Shown here piece after piece: positions 8,995-18,099 of a stretch of DNA of 64,000 nt. Source of the stretch: Alphaproteobacteria bacterium (GTDB lineage Bacteria; Pseudomonadota; Alphaproteobacteria; UBA828). The notes under the pieces were generated by a model. The model was given only the letters and a program-made list of their open reading frames with translations, did not search any database and was not told where the DNA came from. Every line of letters begins with the position of its first letter. The first letter of the stretch is position 1. The DNA lies in assembly GCA_965220745.1 (NCBI GenBank), contig CBDCQT010000013.1, forward strand, positions 864,001 to 928,000. The letters run 5' to 3'. The position numbers and the translations under genes were made by a program.

Positions 8995-10041
8995 TTACAT
9001 GGAGAGCTGAGCAAAGGTGGTGGCCTGGGTGCGCATCGCCTCGCGATCCGCATCGGGGAGCGGGATCAGCCCCTTGTCCGCGAGGTAGCCGTAGGGACCC
9101 CAGGCGTCCTCGTCAGTAAACGTCGCGACGTACTCGTCGATTCCGGGGATCACGCCCACATGCGCCTTCTTCACGTAGAAGTACATGGAGCGGGAGACCG
9201 GATAGTCGCCGTCGGCGATGGTGTCGAAGTCGGGCTCGACGCCGTCGATGATGCTGCCGCGAACCTTGTCGCGGTTCTGGTCGAGGAAGCTGTAGCCGAA
9301 GATCCCGAGCGCCGAGGGATTGGCTTCGAGCTTCTGAACGATGAGGTTGTCGTTCTCGCCCGCCTCGACGAAGGCGCCATCCTCACGAATTGAGTGGCAG
9401 ATGACCTTGTAGGCGCTCTTGTCCTCTTTCTTGAGCGCTTTGATGTCGGGGAAGGTCTTGCAGCCGCCTTCCATGGCGAGCTCGACGAACGCGTCCCGCG
9501 TGCCGGAGGTCGGCGGCGGGCCGAGCACCTCGATCTTCGCGGCCGGCAGGGAGGCGTCGATGTCGCTCCAGGTCAGGTTGGGATTGGGCACCATCCCACC
9601 GTCGGAGGGAACGTCCTTGGCCAGAGCAAGGAAGAGCTGCTGCAGGGTGATCGAGAACCGCTCCGCCGACTTCGAGTTGGCGAGCACGATGCCGTCGTAG
9701 CCGATCTTGACCTCGGTGATGTCGGTCACGCCGTTCGAGGCGCAGCGCTCGACCTCCGAGGTCTTGATCCGGCGCGAGGCGTTGGTGATGTCGGGGTGAG
9801 CGACGCCGACGCCGGCGCAGAAGAGCTTGAGCCCGCCGCCCGAGCCGGTGCTCTCGACCACCGGGGTCTTGTTCCCCGTGGTCTTGCCGAACTCTTCGGC
9901 GACGGCGGTGGCGAAGGGGAATACGGTCGAAGAGCCTACGATCCTGATCTGGTCGCGGGCCTCCGCGGCGTTGGTCAGCGCCACTGACGCGGTCAGCGCA
10001 AGAGCTGCCGCCGCGGCGATGGCGAGGGGTGTCTTGGTCAC
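8995..10041 (-). CDS. pstS: Phosphate ABC transporter substrate-binding protein PstS
   Basis: Signal peptide then RDQIRIVGSSTVFPF, STGSGGG, GPPPTSGTRDAF, YPVSRS. Confidence 0.95.
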   Translation of the reverse strand: MTKTPLAIAAAAALALTASVALTNAAEARDQIRIVGSSTVFPFATAVAEEFGKTTGNKTPVVESTGSGGGLKLFCAGVGVAHPDITNASRRIKTSEVERCASNGVTDITEVKIGYDGIVLANSKSAERFSITLQQLFLALAKDVPSDGGMVPNPNLTWSDIDASLPAAKIEVLGPPPTSGTRDAFVELAMEGGCKTFPDIKALKKEDKSAYKVICHSIREDGAFVEAGENDNLIVQKLEANPSALGIFGYSFLDQNRDKVRGSIIDGVEPDFDTIADGDYPVSRSMYFYVKKAHVGVIPGIDEYVATFTDEDAWGPYGYLADKGLIPLPDADREAMRTQATTFAQLSM

Positions 10042-10144
10042 GGCGCTTCCTCCGGGTTCGCTCTCATCCCGACGGTCGTGACCGCGCGCCGGCGCGGCCG
10101 CCCGGGATGGCAGGCAAACGCTAACGCCGGGCGAAGATGGAAAT

Positions 10145-10173
10145 AATACGGATATGTGACGGTTCGTTGACTC
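10145..10173 (-). promoter_or_regulatory. Pho box upstream of pstS
   Basis: Minus strand GAGTCAA-cgaa-CCGTCAC-atat-CCGTATT: three 7-mers at 11-bp period resembling CTGTCAT-N4. Confidence 0.65.
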
Positions 10174-10194
10174 TATGCCCCGCGCCGGGACGCC

Positions 10195-10476
10195 CTACTT
10201 CACCTCGACTTCGACGAAGACCACGTCGTCGGTGTCGCTCGGGTTGATGACGTCGTGCTCGACCCCTTCATCCCGGTAATAGGGCGAGCCGTGGACGATT
10301 TGGACTGTGCGCTCGCCGTCGGGCTCCACGAGGTGGAGGTGTCCGGTCGTTACCGGCACCACCACGTAGTCGTATTCGTGCCGGTGCCAACCCGTCGCCT
10401 CGCCGGGCTTGAATCGCCACTCGGTGACGCGCACGCGGTCGTTGTCGATTAGCACGGTCGGCGTTGCCGCGCCCAT
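10195..10476 (-). CDS. Small cupin-domain protein
   Basis: 93 aa; DNDRVRVTEWRF.PG..TGWHRHEYDY and GVEHDV cupin motifs. Confidence 0.85.
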   Translation of the reverse strand: MGAATPTVLIDNDRVRVTEWRFKPGEATGWHRHEYDYVVVPVTTGHLHLVEPDGERTVQIVHGSPYYRDEGVEHDVINPSDTDDVVFVEVEVK

Positions 10477-10570
10477 AGCCACCTCCACTGCAAGGAATAA
10501 CCGCGGCGAAGCGTTGCAGGTTGGCGGGCCCTGCGCAAGCCCGCGGGCGGAACGCGCTGTCTCGCGACGA

Positions 10571-11077
10571 TCACTCCCTGTGCCAGGAGCAATCCGTGGT
10601 CGTGACGACCTGATCGTTGGCCAGGTAGCTGGTCTCGTAGGCACAGCTTCCTGCCATCCCGGCATAGACACCGGTGCCGCCTGCCAGCTCCAACTGACCC
10701 TGCCCGCCGCCGCCGGCGTCCACGTCGCCCGCGCGCCTCTCGGCTGTGAGATAGAGCGTGTCGCCGGAGGGGTTGGTGGACGTGCACGCGGTCTGAAGAT
10801 CGAGCCCGGCGGCCGAGCGTTTGCCGAAGATCACGCACGTCGACAGGCTGTGCCCGCCTTCGACGAACGGCTCGCCGCTGCTTGCGAGGGTGGTGATGGT
10901 GCCCTCCAGCTTGCCGCCGAAATACGCGCCGTCAGCGTGCTCTATGGATGTGAAATCGCGAACATAGGTTGCGATGGCGCTGAAGCTGCCGCTCTCCTGC
11001 GCGAACGCGCTCGGGGCCGCGCATAGAACGCCTATCGTGGCCGCTGCCGCCACGGCAAGTCCTCTGCTGGCTCTCAT
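10571..11077 (-). CDS. Hypothetical secreted beta-rich protein
   Basis: ATG after GGGAGGG; signal peptide ending AFA-Q; four Cys in the mature region; GGTGVYAG motif. Confidence 0.7.
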   Translation of the reverse strand: MRASRGLAVAAAATIGVLCAAPSAFAQESGSFSAIATYVRDFTSIEHADGAYFGGKLEGTITTLASSGEPFVEGGHSLSTCVIFGKRSAAGLDLQTACTSTNPSGDTLYLTAERRAGDVDAGGGGQGQLELAGGTGVYAGMAGSCAYETSYLANDQVVTTTDCSWHRE

Positions 11078-11177
11078 GTTGCCCTCCCAGTCTGGCAATT
11101 GCCCTGCCTCGGGATGGTAGGGGGAACAAATCGGCGACGGCAACAGGCGCGCTGGCTTCTCGCGTTGCAGCGCAGCT

Positions 11178-12281
11178 TCAGGCGTCGTCCTGTTCGGTCT
11201 GCACCAGCGATGCCGGGTCCACTGCGACGCTCTTGACCAGCGCGTACACCTCCGAGCCGGGGGCGAGGCCCAGGGTGTCGGCCGAGCGGGCGGTGATCCG
11301 CGCCGTTAGCCGGGCGCCAATGTCGACTGCCACATCGACAGAGGCGCCGCGGCGCGGTCCGATCTCGACGACCCGGCCGCGAAAGACGTTGAGGACGCTG
11401 GTCTCACGCGGCTCGGCCGTCGCGAGCGACACGTCCCGCGCCCGCACGCGGACCCTGAGCCGCCGTCCCGGCGCAAGCCTGAGGCGCGGCACGCGCAGGG
11501 TGCCGCCAGGCACCGCGAGCTCGGTGAGCCCGTAGGCCGCATCGTGGCGCTGCACTGTCGCCTCCAGCACCGCGCCGGCCGCCTCGATGCCGGCGAGGGG
11601 ATCGAGATCGAGCCTGGCCATGACTTCCGCGGCAGGGCCCGCCGCCGCGACTCTGCCGCCGGCCATGACCACGATCGTGCCCGCGAGCCGCGCCACCTCG
11701 TCCACGGCGTGGCTGACGAAGACGATGGGCACGCCGATCTCGTCCCGCAGCCGCTCGATGTAGTCGATGACTTGCGCCTTGCGGGGTACGTCGAGCGCGG
11801 CCAGCGGCTCGTCCATCAGGAGGAGCTCCGGCTGGGCCATGAGCGCGCGCCCGAGCGCAACCCGCTGACGCTCGCCGCCCGAGAGGGTGCCGGGCCGGCG
11901 CTGCAGCAGTGCCTCCAGGCCGAGCAGCGTCACGATTCTCTCGAGTGTCGCATAACGCCCGTCGCGCGGCGCGAAGCGGTACCCGTAGAGCAGGTTGCGG
12001 CGCACGCTGAGGTGGGGGAAGAGGCGGCCGTCCTGAAACACGTAGCCGATCCGGCGGCGCTCCGGCTTGAGGTTTATCCCGGCCTCCGCATCAAAGAGCA
12101 CGCGGTCTCCGAGCGCGATCCGCCCCGCCTCGGGCCGCACGAGGCCCGCGATGGCATCGGCCAGCGTGGTCTTGCCGGCGCCCGAGGCGCCGAACAGTGC
12201 GACCACGCCGTCGGCCTCGGCGCCGAAGGACGCATCGAGCGTGAACTCGCCCCGCGTGAGTCGCGCCTGGACCGCCAGCAT
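11178..12281 (-). CDS. modC: Molybdate ABC transporter ATP-binding protein
   Basis: GASGAGKT, FQDGRLFPHL, LSGGERQR, C-terminal TOBE/mop (TSVLN, VYALVKSVA). Confidence 0.95.
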   Translation of the reverse strand: MLAVQARLTRGEFTLDASFGAEADGVVALFGASGAGKTTLADAIAGLVRPEAGRIALGDRVLFDAEAGINLKPERRRIGYVFQDGRLFPHLSVRRNLLYGYRFAPRDGRYATLERIVTLLGLEALLQRRPGTLSGGERQRVALGRALMAQPELLLMDEPLAALDVPRKAQVIDYIERLRDEIGVPIVFVSHAVDEVARLAGTIVVMAGGRVAAAGPAAEVMARLDLDPLAGIEAAGAVLEATVQRHDAAYGLTELAVPGGTLRVPRLRLAPGRRLRVRVRARDVSLATAEPRETSVLNVFRGRVVEIGPRRGASVDVAVDIGARLTARITARSADTLGLAPGSEVYALVKSVAVDPASLVQTEQDDA

Positions 12282-12970
12282 CACCCCTCCAACCGGCGCT
12301 TGACGATGCGCGCCAAGAATTCGGAGCCGATCAGCGCGGCGAAGGCGATGACGATGGCGATCACCATCAGGCGGAAGGCGCCGTCAAGGCCGCCCGGCAC
12401 TTGCGTGTAGGTGTAAAGCGCAAGGGGCAGAGTCCGGGTCTCTCCGGGAATGTTGGAGACGAAGGTGATGGTCGCGCCGAACTCGCCGAGGCAGCGGGCG
12501 AAGGCGAGGATGACGCCGGTGAGCACGCCGGGCGCGATGAGCGGCAGGCTGATGGTCACGAAGACCCAGATGGGCGGGGCGCCGAGCGTTCGTGCGGCGG
12601 TCTCCAGCCGGCGATCCATGCCCTCGATGGAGAGGCGGATCGCGCGCACCATGAGCGGGAAGGAGACCACGGCCGAGGCCACTGCCGCGCCCTGCCAGGT
12701 GAAGGCGAGGGTGATGCCGAACCAGTCGTCGAGCCAGGCGCCGAGCGGACCCTGCCTGCCGAGCAGCAGCAGCAGCACGAAGCCCACCACCACCGGCGGC
12801 AGCACCAGTGGCAGGTGGACCAGTCCGTTGAGGATCTCCCGGCCGGGGAAGCGATAGCGCGCCAGCAGCCAGGCGACGGCGATGCCGAGCGGCAGGCTGA
12901 TCAGAACCGCCCAGCCCGCCACCCGCAGGCTGAGCTTGATCGCCTCGACCTCAAGCGGAGTCAGCGCCAC
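12281..12970 (-). CDS. modB: Molybdate ABC transporter permease
   Basis: HLPLVLPPVVVG, FPLMVRAIRLS, FARCLGEFGATITF. Confidence 0.95.
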   Translation of the reverse strand: MALTPLEVEAIKLSLRVAGWAVLISLPLGIAVAWLLARYRFPGREILNGLVHLPLVLPPVVVGFVLLLLLGRQGPLGAWLDDWFGITLAFTWQGAAVASAVVSFPLMVRAIRLSIEGMDRRLETAARTLGAPPIWVFVTISLPLIAPGVLTGVILAFARCLGEFGATITFVSNIPGETRTLPLALYTYTQVPGGLDGAFRLMVIAIVIAFAALIGSEFLARIVKRRLEG

Positions 12971-12974
12971 TGTC

Positions 12975-13778
12975 TCACTCGACGAGGAAGCCGGCGCGGG
13001 CGAAGGCCGCCCGGCCCGCGGGCCCGGTGAGGAATTCGAAGAAGCGCACCGCGAGCGGCTCGGTGCGGCCCGCGACGAGTGCCACCGGGTATACGATGGG
13101 CTCATGCAGCGTCGCCGGGATCGAACCCACCACATGCACTCCTTCGACGAGGGCGGCATCGGTGGCGTAGACGATGCCGAGCGGCGCCTCGCCCCTGGCC
13201 ACCAGCGCGAGCGCAGCCCGCACGTCGGCTGCCGGCGCGAGGTGGCCCTGCACGTCGTGCCAAAGGCCGAGCGCTTCCAGCGCTTGGCGCGCGTATATGC
13301 CGGCCGGCACATGGTCGGGGTTGCCGATGGCGAGCCGCCCGCCGTTCAGCAACGCAAGAAGATCGAACGCCGCGGACGATTTGAAGGGCGTCATGTCGCT
13401 GAGACCGGTGACGAACACCAGCCGATTGCCGGCGAGCACCTGCCGGCTGCCGGGCTCGATCAGGCCCTGCGCCTCTACATGGTCCATCCAGGCCGCATTG
13501 GCGGCGAGGAAGATATCGGCGGGCGCGCCGCTCTCGATCTGGCGCGCGAGCGCCGAGGTGCCGGCGTAGGAGGCCACGACACTATTGTCGGGACCCGCCT
13601 CGAACTGCCCGATGACCTCGTCGATCACGTGTGCGGTACTGGCGGCCGCGAGCACGACCATCCGCTCGGCTGCTGCCGGCCCTGCCCAGCAACAGGCGGA
13701 GAGCGCGGCGAGCACTAGCCATGCCGCCCGGAGCGTCGCCGACCGGCGCGGCCGCCGGTCGCCTCTTCCATGCCACAC
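12975..13778 (-). CDS. modA: Molybdate ABC transporter substrate-binding protein
   Basis: VLAAAS, LARQIESGAPADIFLAAN, VPAGIYA, GIVYATDA; start codon uncertain. Confidence 0.9.
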   Translation of the reverse strand: MWHGRGDRRPRRSATLRAAWLVLAALSACCWAGPAAAERMVVLAAASTAHVIDEVIGQFEAGPDNSVVASYAGTSALARQIESGAPADIFLAANAAWMDHVEAQGLIEPGSRQVLAGNRLVFVTGLSDMTPFKSSAAFDLLALLNGGRLAIGNPDHVPAGIYARQALEALGLWHDVQGHLAPAADVRAALALVARGEAPLGIVYATDAALVEGVHVVGSIPATLHEPIVYPVALVAGRTEPLAVRFFEFLTGPAGRAAFARAGFLVE

Positions 13779-14101
13779 GTCGCGCGTCGCGGCCCCCGCG
13801 GGGCTCGCGCCTCTTCCTCAACTTGCGTGCATGAGGCTGGTTCCGACTGGAGCGAGCGCTCCCGCACCTCCACGGCGCCTCGGCCGTCGCCGACAGGGAC
13901 CGACCGTTCCGTCGTTCGGGCGGTCACTCAGCCTGCTAAGGCCGCATCGGCGCGGCGACTGTAGCGTTCGGCCTGGACCCGCGCAACGCCGGCACGTCGC
14001 TCGCTTGTCAACCGATCGCAGAATTCAGACACTCCATCAACCCGGCGCCGGAACATGCGATTGGGCCGCGACACAACGCCAGGCCGAAAGCTACGCGAAA
14101 G

Positions 14102-14416
14102 ATGGAGAGGATCTTGCTTTGCCGTGTCGACGAGGTCTACGCGGGCGAGATTCTGCGGGTCGAGACCGACGGCTTGCCGCCGGTCGCGGTTTACAACCTG
14201 GAAGGCGCCTTCTACGCCACCGACGACACGTGTTCCCATAGCCAAGCCTGGCTCTCGCAAGGCTTCATAGACGGCGACATCATCGAATGCCCGCTCCACG
14301 GCGGCTGCTTCGAGATCAAGACCGGCCAGCCGGTGGAGCCGCCCTGCACCGAGCCCATTCGGAGCTATGACCTCGTCGTCGAGGACGGCGCGATCTACGC
14401 GCTCGTCGAACCCTGA
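14102..14416 (+). CDS. Rieske-type [2Fe-2S] ferredoxin (dioxygenase ferredoxin family)
   Basis: CSH...CPLH Rieske ligands, 104 aa, acidic. Confidence 0.9.
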   Translation: MERILLCRVDEVYAGEILRVETDGLPPVAVYNLEGAFYATDDTCSHSQAWLSQGFIDGDIIECPLHGGCFEIKTGQPVEPPCTEPIRSYDLVVEDGAIYALVEP

Positions 14417-14431
14417 GCCGGAGGCGATGCC

Positions 14432-15247
14432 ATGCCGATGCTGGAATGTTCCGAGGGGGATATCCACTACGAGGTCTGCGACATCGTGCCCCCGTGGCAG
14501 GAGCCGCGCGAGACTATCCTCTTTCTCCACGGGCTCGCCGTCGATTCCGACATATGGATCACGTGGCTGCCGATCCTGGCTGACCGCTATCGAATCATTC
14601 GAGTGGACCTGCGCGGCTTCGGCCGGTCCTTCGTCCCGGCGGAGGGCGCCGATTGGTCCATCGACGCGATGGCCGACGATGTTCTCGACGTGCTCGTTGC
14701 GCTTGGGACGGAGCGGGTGCACTTCGTCGGCGAATCGACAGGCGGCACCGTCGGCCTCCATCTCGCCGCGCATCATCCGGGACGCCTTCAAACGCTGACC
14801 ATGGTTTCGGCGGCTCACCGGGGCGGTACGATCGGGCGGGCGCAGGCGCTCCGGGACGATGTCCACGGGCTGGGGATGGACGCGTGGTCGGCCAAACTCA
14901 TGCCGCTCCGCTTCCCCGCAGGTTGCCTGAGCTCCGCGATGGAGCGCTGGTTCCACGACACGCAACGTGCCTCGGCGCCACAGGCCTGCGTCGACCTCGT
15001 GGACATGCTGGTGCGGGTGGACCTCACGGAGGCGCTTGGCGACATCCGCGTTCCCACCCTCCTTATCGCGCCCGACGACAGTCCCTTCGTCTCGCTCGAG
15101 ACCCAGGTCGAGCGGCTGCGTGCCATGCCCGATTGCGAGATGCACGTGGTGGCCGGCGCCCGTCACGGCGTCGCCTATTCGCACGGGCCGGAGTGCGCCA
15201 GCGCCCTCAGAGACTTTTTGGAACGCCGCAGCCCTTCGCCTGAATAG
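14432..15247 (+). CDS. Alpha/beta hydrolase (3-oxoadipate enol-lactonase-like)
   Basis: FLHG, DLRGFGRS, GESTGG nucleophile elbow, C-terminal His (GARH). Confidence 0.85.
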   Translation: MPMLECSEGDIHYEVCDIVPPWQEPRETILFLHGLAVDSDIWITWLPILADRYRIIRVDLRGFGRSFVPAEGADWSIDAMADDVLDVLVALGTERVHFVGESTGGTVGLHLAAHHPGRLQTLTMVSAAHRGGTIGRAQALRDDVHGLGMDAWSAKLMPLRFPAGCLSSAMERWFHDTQRASAPQACVDLVDMLVRVDLTEALGDIRVPTLLIAPDDSPFVSLETQVERLRAMPDCEMHVVAGARHGVAYSHGPECASALRDFLERRSPSPE

Positions 15248-15279
15248 ACCGTGGTGCGACGACGGGCGTTCGCCTCTCC

Positions 15280-15792
15280 TTAACTCTGGGCAGGCAACCG
15301 TTCACCAAACGACTTCCAGATCGGCTCGATGCCGTTCTCCCGCAGGAACTCCTCGGCCATCGCGACGATTTCCGCCTCCCGGAACGCATAGAATGCGTCG
15401 ACGGCGTCCTCGTCTCTGACGTCCCGTTTCCACTTGCCGATCGAGCCCCTGTAGGCGTCCTCCGCCTGTTGTCTCCGCTCCTTGTCGCGGGTCCAATCCG
15501 AGACCAGGAATCGCCTGAGAATCCGATGGTGATCGTCGTGATCGAGGCCGGGAATCTCCAGATAACGCTCCGGCTCGGCGTCGACTGCTTCGCGCTCCTG
15601 GCGATTCTCCTCGGCGGGTATGCCGACCTCCATTTCGGCGTCGTCGTCCGTCTCGTAGAGCCAGACGATGCCGCCCGTCTGCCGGTCGAGGTAGACCACT
15701 TGCGGATATGTATCGTGGAAATCCACGTCGCGGCCGAAGGCCATCGTAAAGAGACCCTTGTCTATGCCCCCGCCACCGTCTCCGTCAGCCAT
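15280..15792 (-). CDS. UPF0158-like hypothetical protein
   Basis: YLDRQTG, PERYLEIP and AEEFLRENGIE patterns resemble UPF0158. Confidence 0.6.
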   Translation of the reverse strand: MADGDGGGGIDKGLFTMAFGRDVDFHDTYPQVVYLDRQTGGIVWLYETDDDAEMEVGIPAEENRQEREAVDAEPERYLEIPGLDHDDHHRILRRFLVSDWTRDKERRQQAEDAYRGSIGKWKRDVRDEDAVDAFYAFREAEIVAMAEEFLRENGIEPIWKSFGERLPAQS

Positions 15793-15894
15793 GTGCGCGA
15801 CGCCCCTCTCCGATACCGGTTAGCGCGGCGATGCGCGTAGCCAGCCGCGCGGACTTGCCTATATCATGCTCGTCACAAAAGGGGGGATAGACAC

Positions 15895-18015
15895 ATGGCA
15901 GAGACCACCGTCTTCAGCGCTTGTCCTCACGATTGCCCAGACACATGCGCCATGCTCACTACCGTCGAGGACGGCAGGGTGACCCAGGTGCGCGGCAATC
16001 CCGACCACCCGTTCACTCAGGGCGGTCTCTGTGTCAAGGTCAACGACTACCAGAATCGGGTCTATAGCAAGGATCGCGTGCTGCATCCGCTGCGCCGCAC
16101 GGGAGCGAAGGGCGCCGGCGAATTCGAACAAATTTCCTGGGACGACGCGCTTGAGGAAATTTCGCGCCGTTGGAACGACATCATCGACAAGGACGGGCCG
16201 AGCACCATCGTGCCCTACAGCTATCTCGGCACCGAGGGCATCCTAAACGGCCTCAATTCCGGCGATGCCTTCTTCAACAAGCTCGGCGCTGCCGTCTCGG
16301 AACGGACCTTCTGCGACTCTGCCGCGATCACGGCCTTCTTCATGTCCTGCGGGCCGACCGCCGCGGTCGATCCCGAGAGTTTCGTCTACTCGAAGTACAT
16401 CGTCCTTTGGGCAATCAACACCATCAGCAACAACCTGCACCACTGGCCCTTCATTGCCGAGGCACAGCGCCGCGGAGCCAAGGTGGTGGTGATCGATCCG
16501 GTCGCGACCCGCACGGCAAAGCAGGCCGACTGGCACCTGCCGATCAAGCCCGGCACCGACGCCGCTCTGGCGCTCGGCATGATCAACGTGATCATCGCCG
16601 AGAACCTGGTCGATCACGACTACGTCGAGAAGTACACCGTCGGCTACGACGAGCTGGCCGAGCGTGCGGCGAACTTCCCGCCGGATAGGGTCGCTGAGAT
16701 CACCGGGATTGCGGCCGACGACATCCGCACGCTGGCGCGGGAGTTCGCGACCACGCAGCCCTCGGTAATCCGCATGGGCGTGGCGATCGAACGCAACGCA
16801 TCCGGCGGCAACGCCGTGCGGGCGATGTCCTGCATCCCAGCACTGGTCGGCTCCTGGCGGCATTGCGGCGGCGGCATCCTGCACATGCCGATCTGGGCCT
16901 TCCCGATGAAGTGGGACGATCTCAGCCGCCCCGACTGGATCCGCGAAGGCACACCGGTGATCAACCAGTGGCGGCTCGGCCCGGCGCTCGCGGGCGAGCT
17001 CGACCACAAGGTCAATTCGCTCTTCGTCTACAACTCGAATCCGGTTGTGGTGGCGCCGGAGCAGGACAAGATGCTGCAGGGTCTCGCGCGCGAGGATCTG
17101 TTCACCGTCGTGAGCGAGCACTTCCTCACCGATACTGCGCTCTACGCCGACATCGTGCTGCCCGCCACCACGCAGCTGGAGCAGTTCGATCTCATGTTCT
17201 CGTGGGGGCACCTCTATCTGACCCTCAACGAGCCGGCGATCGCGCCGCTCGGCGAGGCGGTGTCCAACACCGAGCTGTTCCGGCGCCTGGCCCGCGCCAT
17301 GGGCTTCAACGACCCCTTCTGGGATCGGTCGGACGAGCAAATGGCGCTCGATGCCCTGGACTGGGACAACCCGGTGCTGGAGGGGATCGACCTCGATGGC
17401 TTGCGCCAGACCGGCTATGCCCGGCTCAAGGTCGGCTCGCCGGAGGAGTTCGTACCGCACCGCGAGGGCAACTTCCCGACGCCCTCCGGCAAGATGGAAT
17501 TCAAGTCGTCCGTTGCCGAGGCCGCCGGCAACATGGTGCTGCCGCTGTTTCGCCAGGGCTATGCCGCCGATCAGTCGGGCGAGCCGCTGGACCCGTTGCC
17601 AAACTTCATTCCGCAGAACGAGTCAGCGCGCACCAACCCCGAGCTCGCCGCGCGTTATCCGCTCAACATGCTCTCACCGAAGGCCCACGCCTTCCTCAAC
17701 TCGTGCTACGCCAATATGGATACCCAGCTTCATCACGCCGGCGAGCAGATGGTGATGATCAATCCGAGCGACGCGGGTGCCCGCGGCATCGCTGATGGAA
17801 ACGCGGTGCAGGTCTTCAACGACCGAGGCGCATTCCATGCGGTGGCGCACGTTAGCGAGGACGCAAGCCCCGGTGTCGTGGTCGCACCGCTCGGCTATTG
17901 GGCGAAGAGCAGCCCCAACGGCCGCACGGTGAATGCCATCAACCCGCCGGCCTTCGCAGACTACGGCAACGCGCCGACCTTCTCCGACACGCTGGTGGAG
18001 GTGAGCGCGGTTTAG
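15895..18015 (+). CDS. Molybdopterin (Mo-bisPGD) oxidoreductase, DMSO reductase superfamily, cytoplasmic
   Basis: CPHDCPDTC...LCVK 4Fe-4S motif, TDTALYADIVLPA, C-terminal MopB-CT domain; no Tat signal. Confidence 0.9.
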   Translation: MAETTVFSACPHDCPDTCAMLTTVEDGRVTQVRGNPDHPFTQGGLCVKVNDYQNRVYSKDRVLHPLRRTGAKGAGEFEQISWDDALEEISRRWNDIIDKDGPSTIVPYSYLGTEGILNGLNSGDAFFNKLGAAVSERTFCDSAAITAFFMSCGPTAAVDPESFVYSKYIVLWAINTISNNLHHWPFIAEAQRRGAKVVVIDPVATRTAKQADWHLPIKPGTDAALALGMINVIIAENLVDHDYVEKYTVGYDELAERAANFPPDRVAEITGIAADDIRTLAREFATTQPSVIRMGVAIERNASGGNAVRAMSCIPALVGSWRHCGGGILHMPIWAFPMKWDDLSRPDWIREGTPVINQWRLGPALAGELDHKVNSLFVYNSNPVVVAPEQDKMLQGLAREDLFTVVSEHFLTDTALYADIVLPATTQLEQFDLMFSWGHLYLTLNEPAIAPLGEAVSNTELFRRLARAMGFNDPFWDRSDEQMALDALDWDNPVLEGIDLDGLRQTGYARLKVGSPEEFVPHREGNFPTPSGKMEFKSSVAEAAGNMVLPLFRQGYAADQSGEPLDPLPNFIPQNESARTNPELAARYPLNMLSPKAHAFLNSCYANMDTQLHHAGEQMVMINPSDAGARGIADGNAVQVFNDRGAFHAVAHVSEDASPGVVVAPLGYWAKSSPNGRTVNAINPPAFADYGNAPTFSDTLVEVSAV

Positions 18016-18099
18016 ATCCTCGGCCTGCGCCAGATCGTTCGCCTCCACCGGGCCGGGCCGAGCACGGCAGGGACGCATGCGCGCGGGAAGGGTCGGAAC

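Noticed and set aside
13779-14101. Possible Moco riboswitch or ModE site upstream of modA
   Set aside because: GC-rich and potentially structured, but I could not match the conserved Moco RNA elements or a ModE box by eye; a covariance-model search would be needed.
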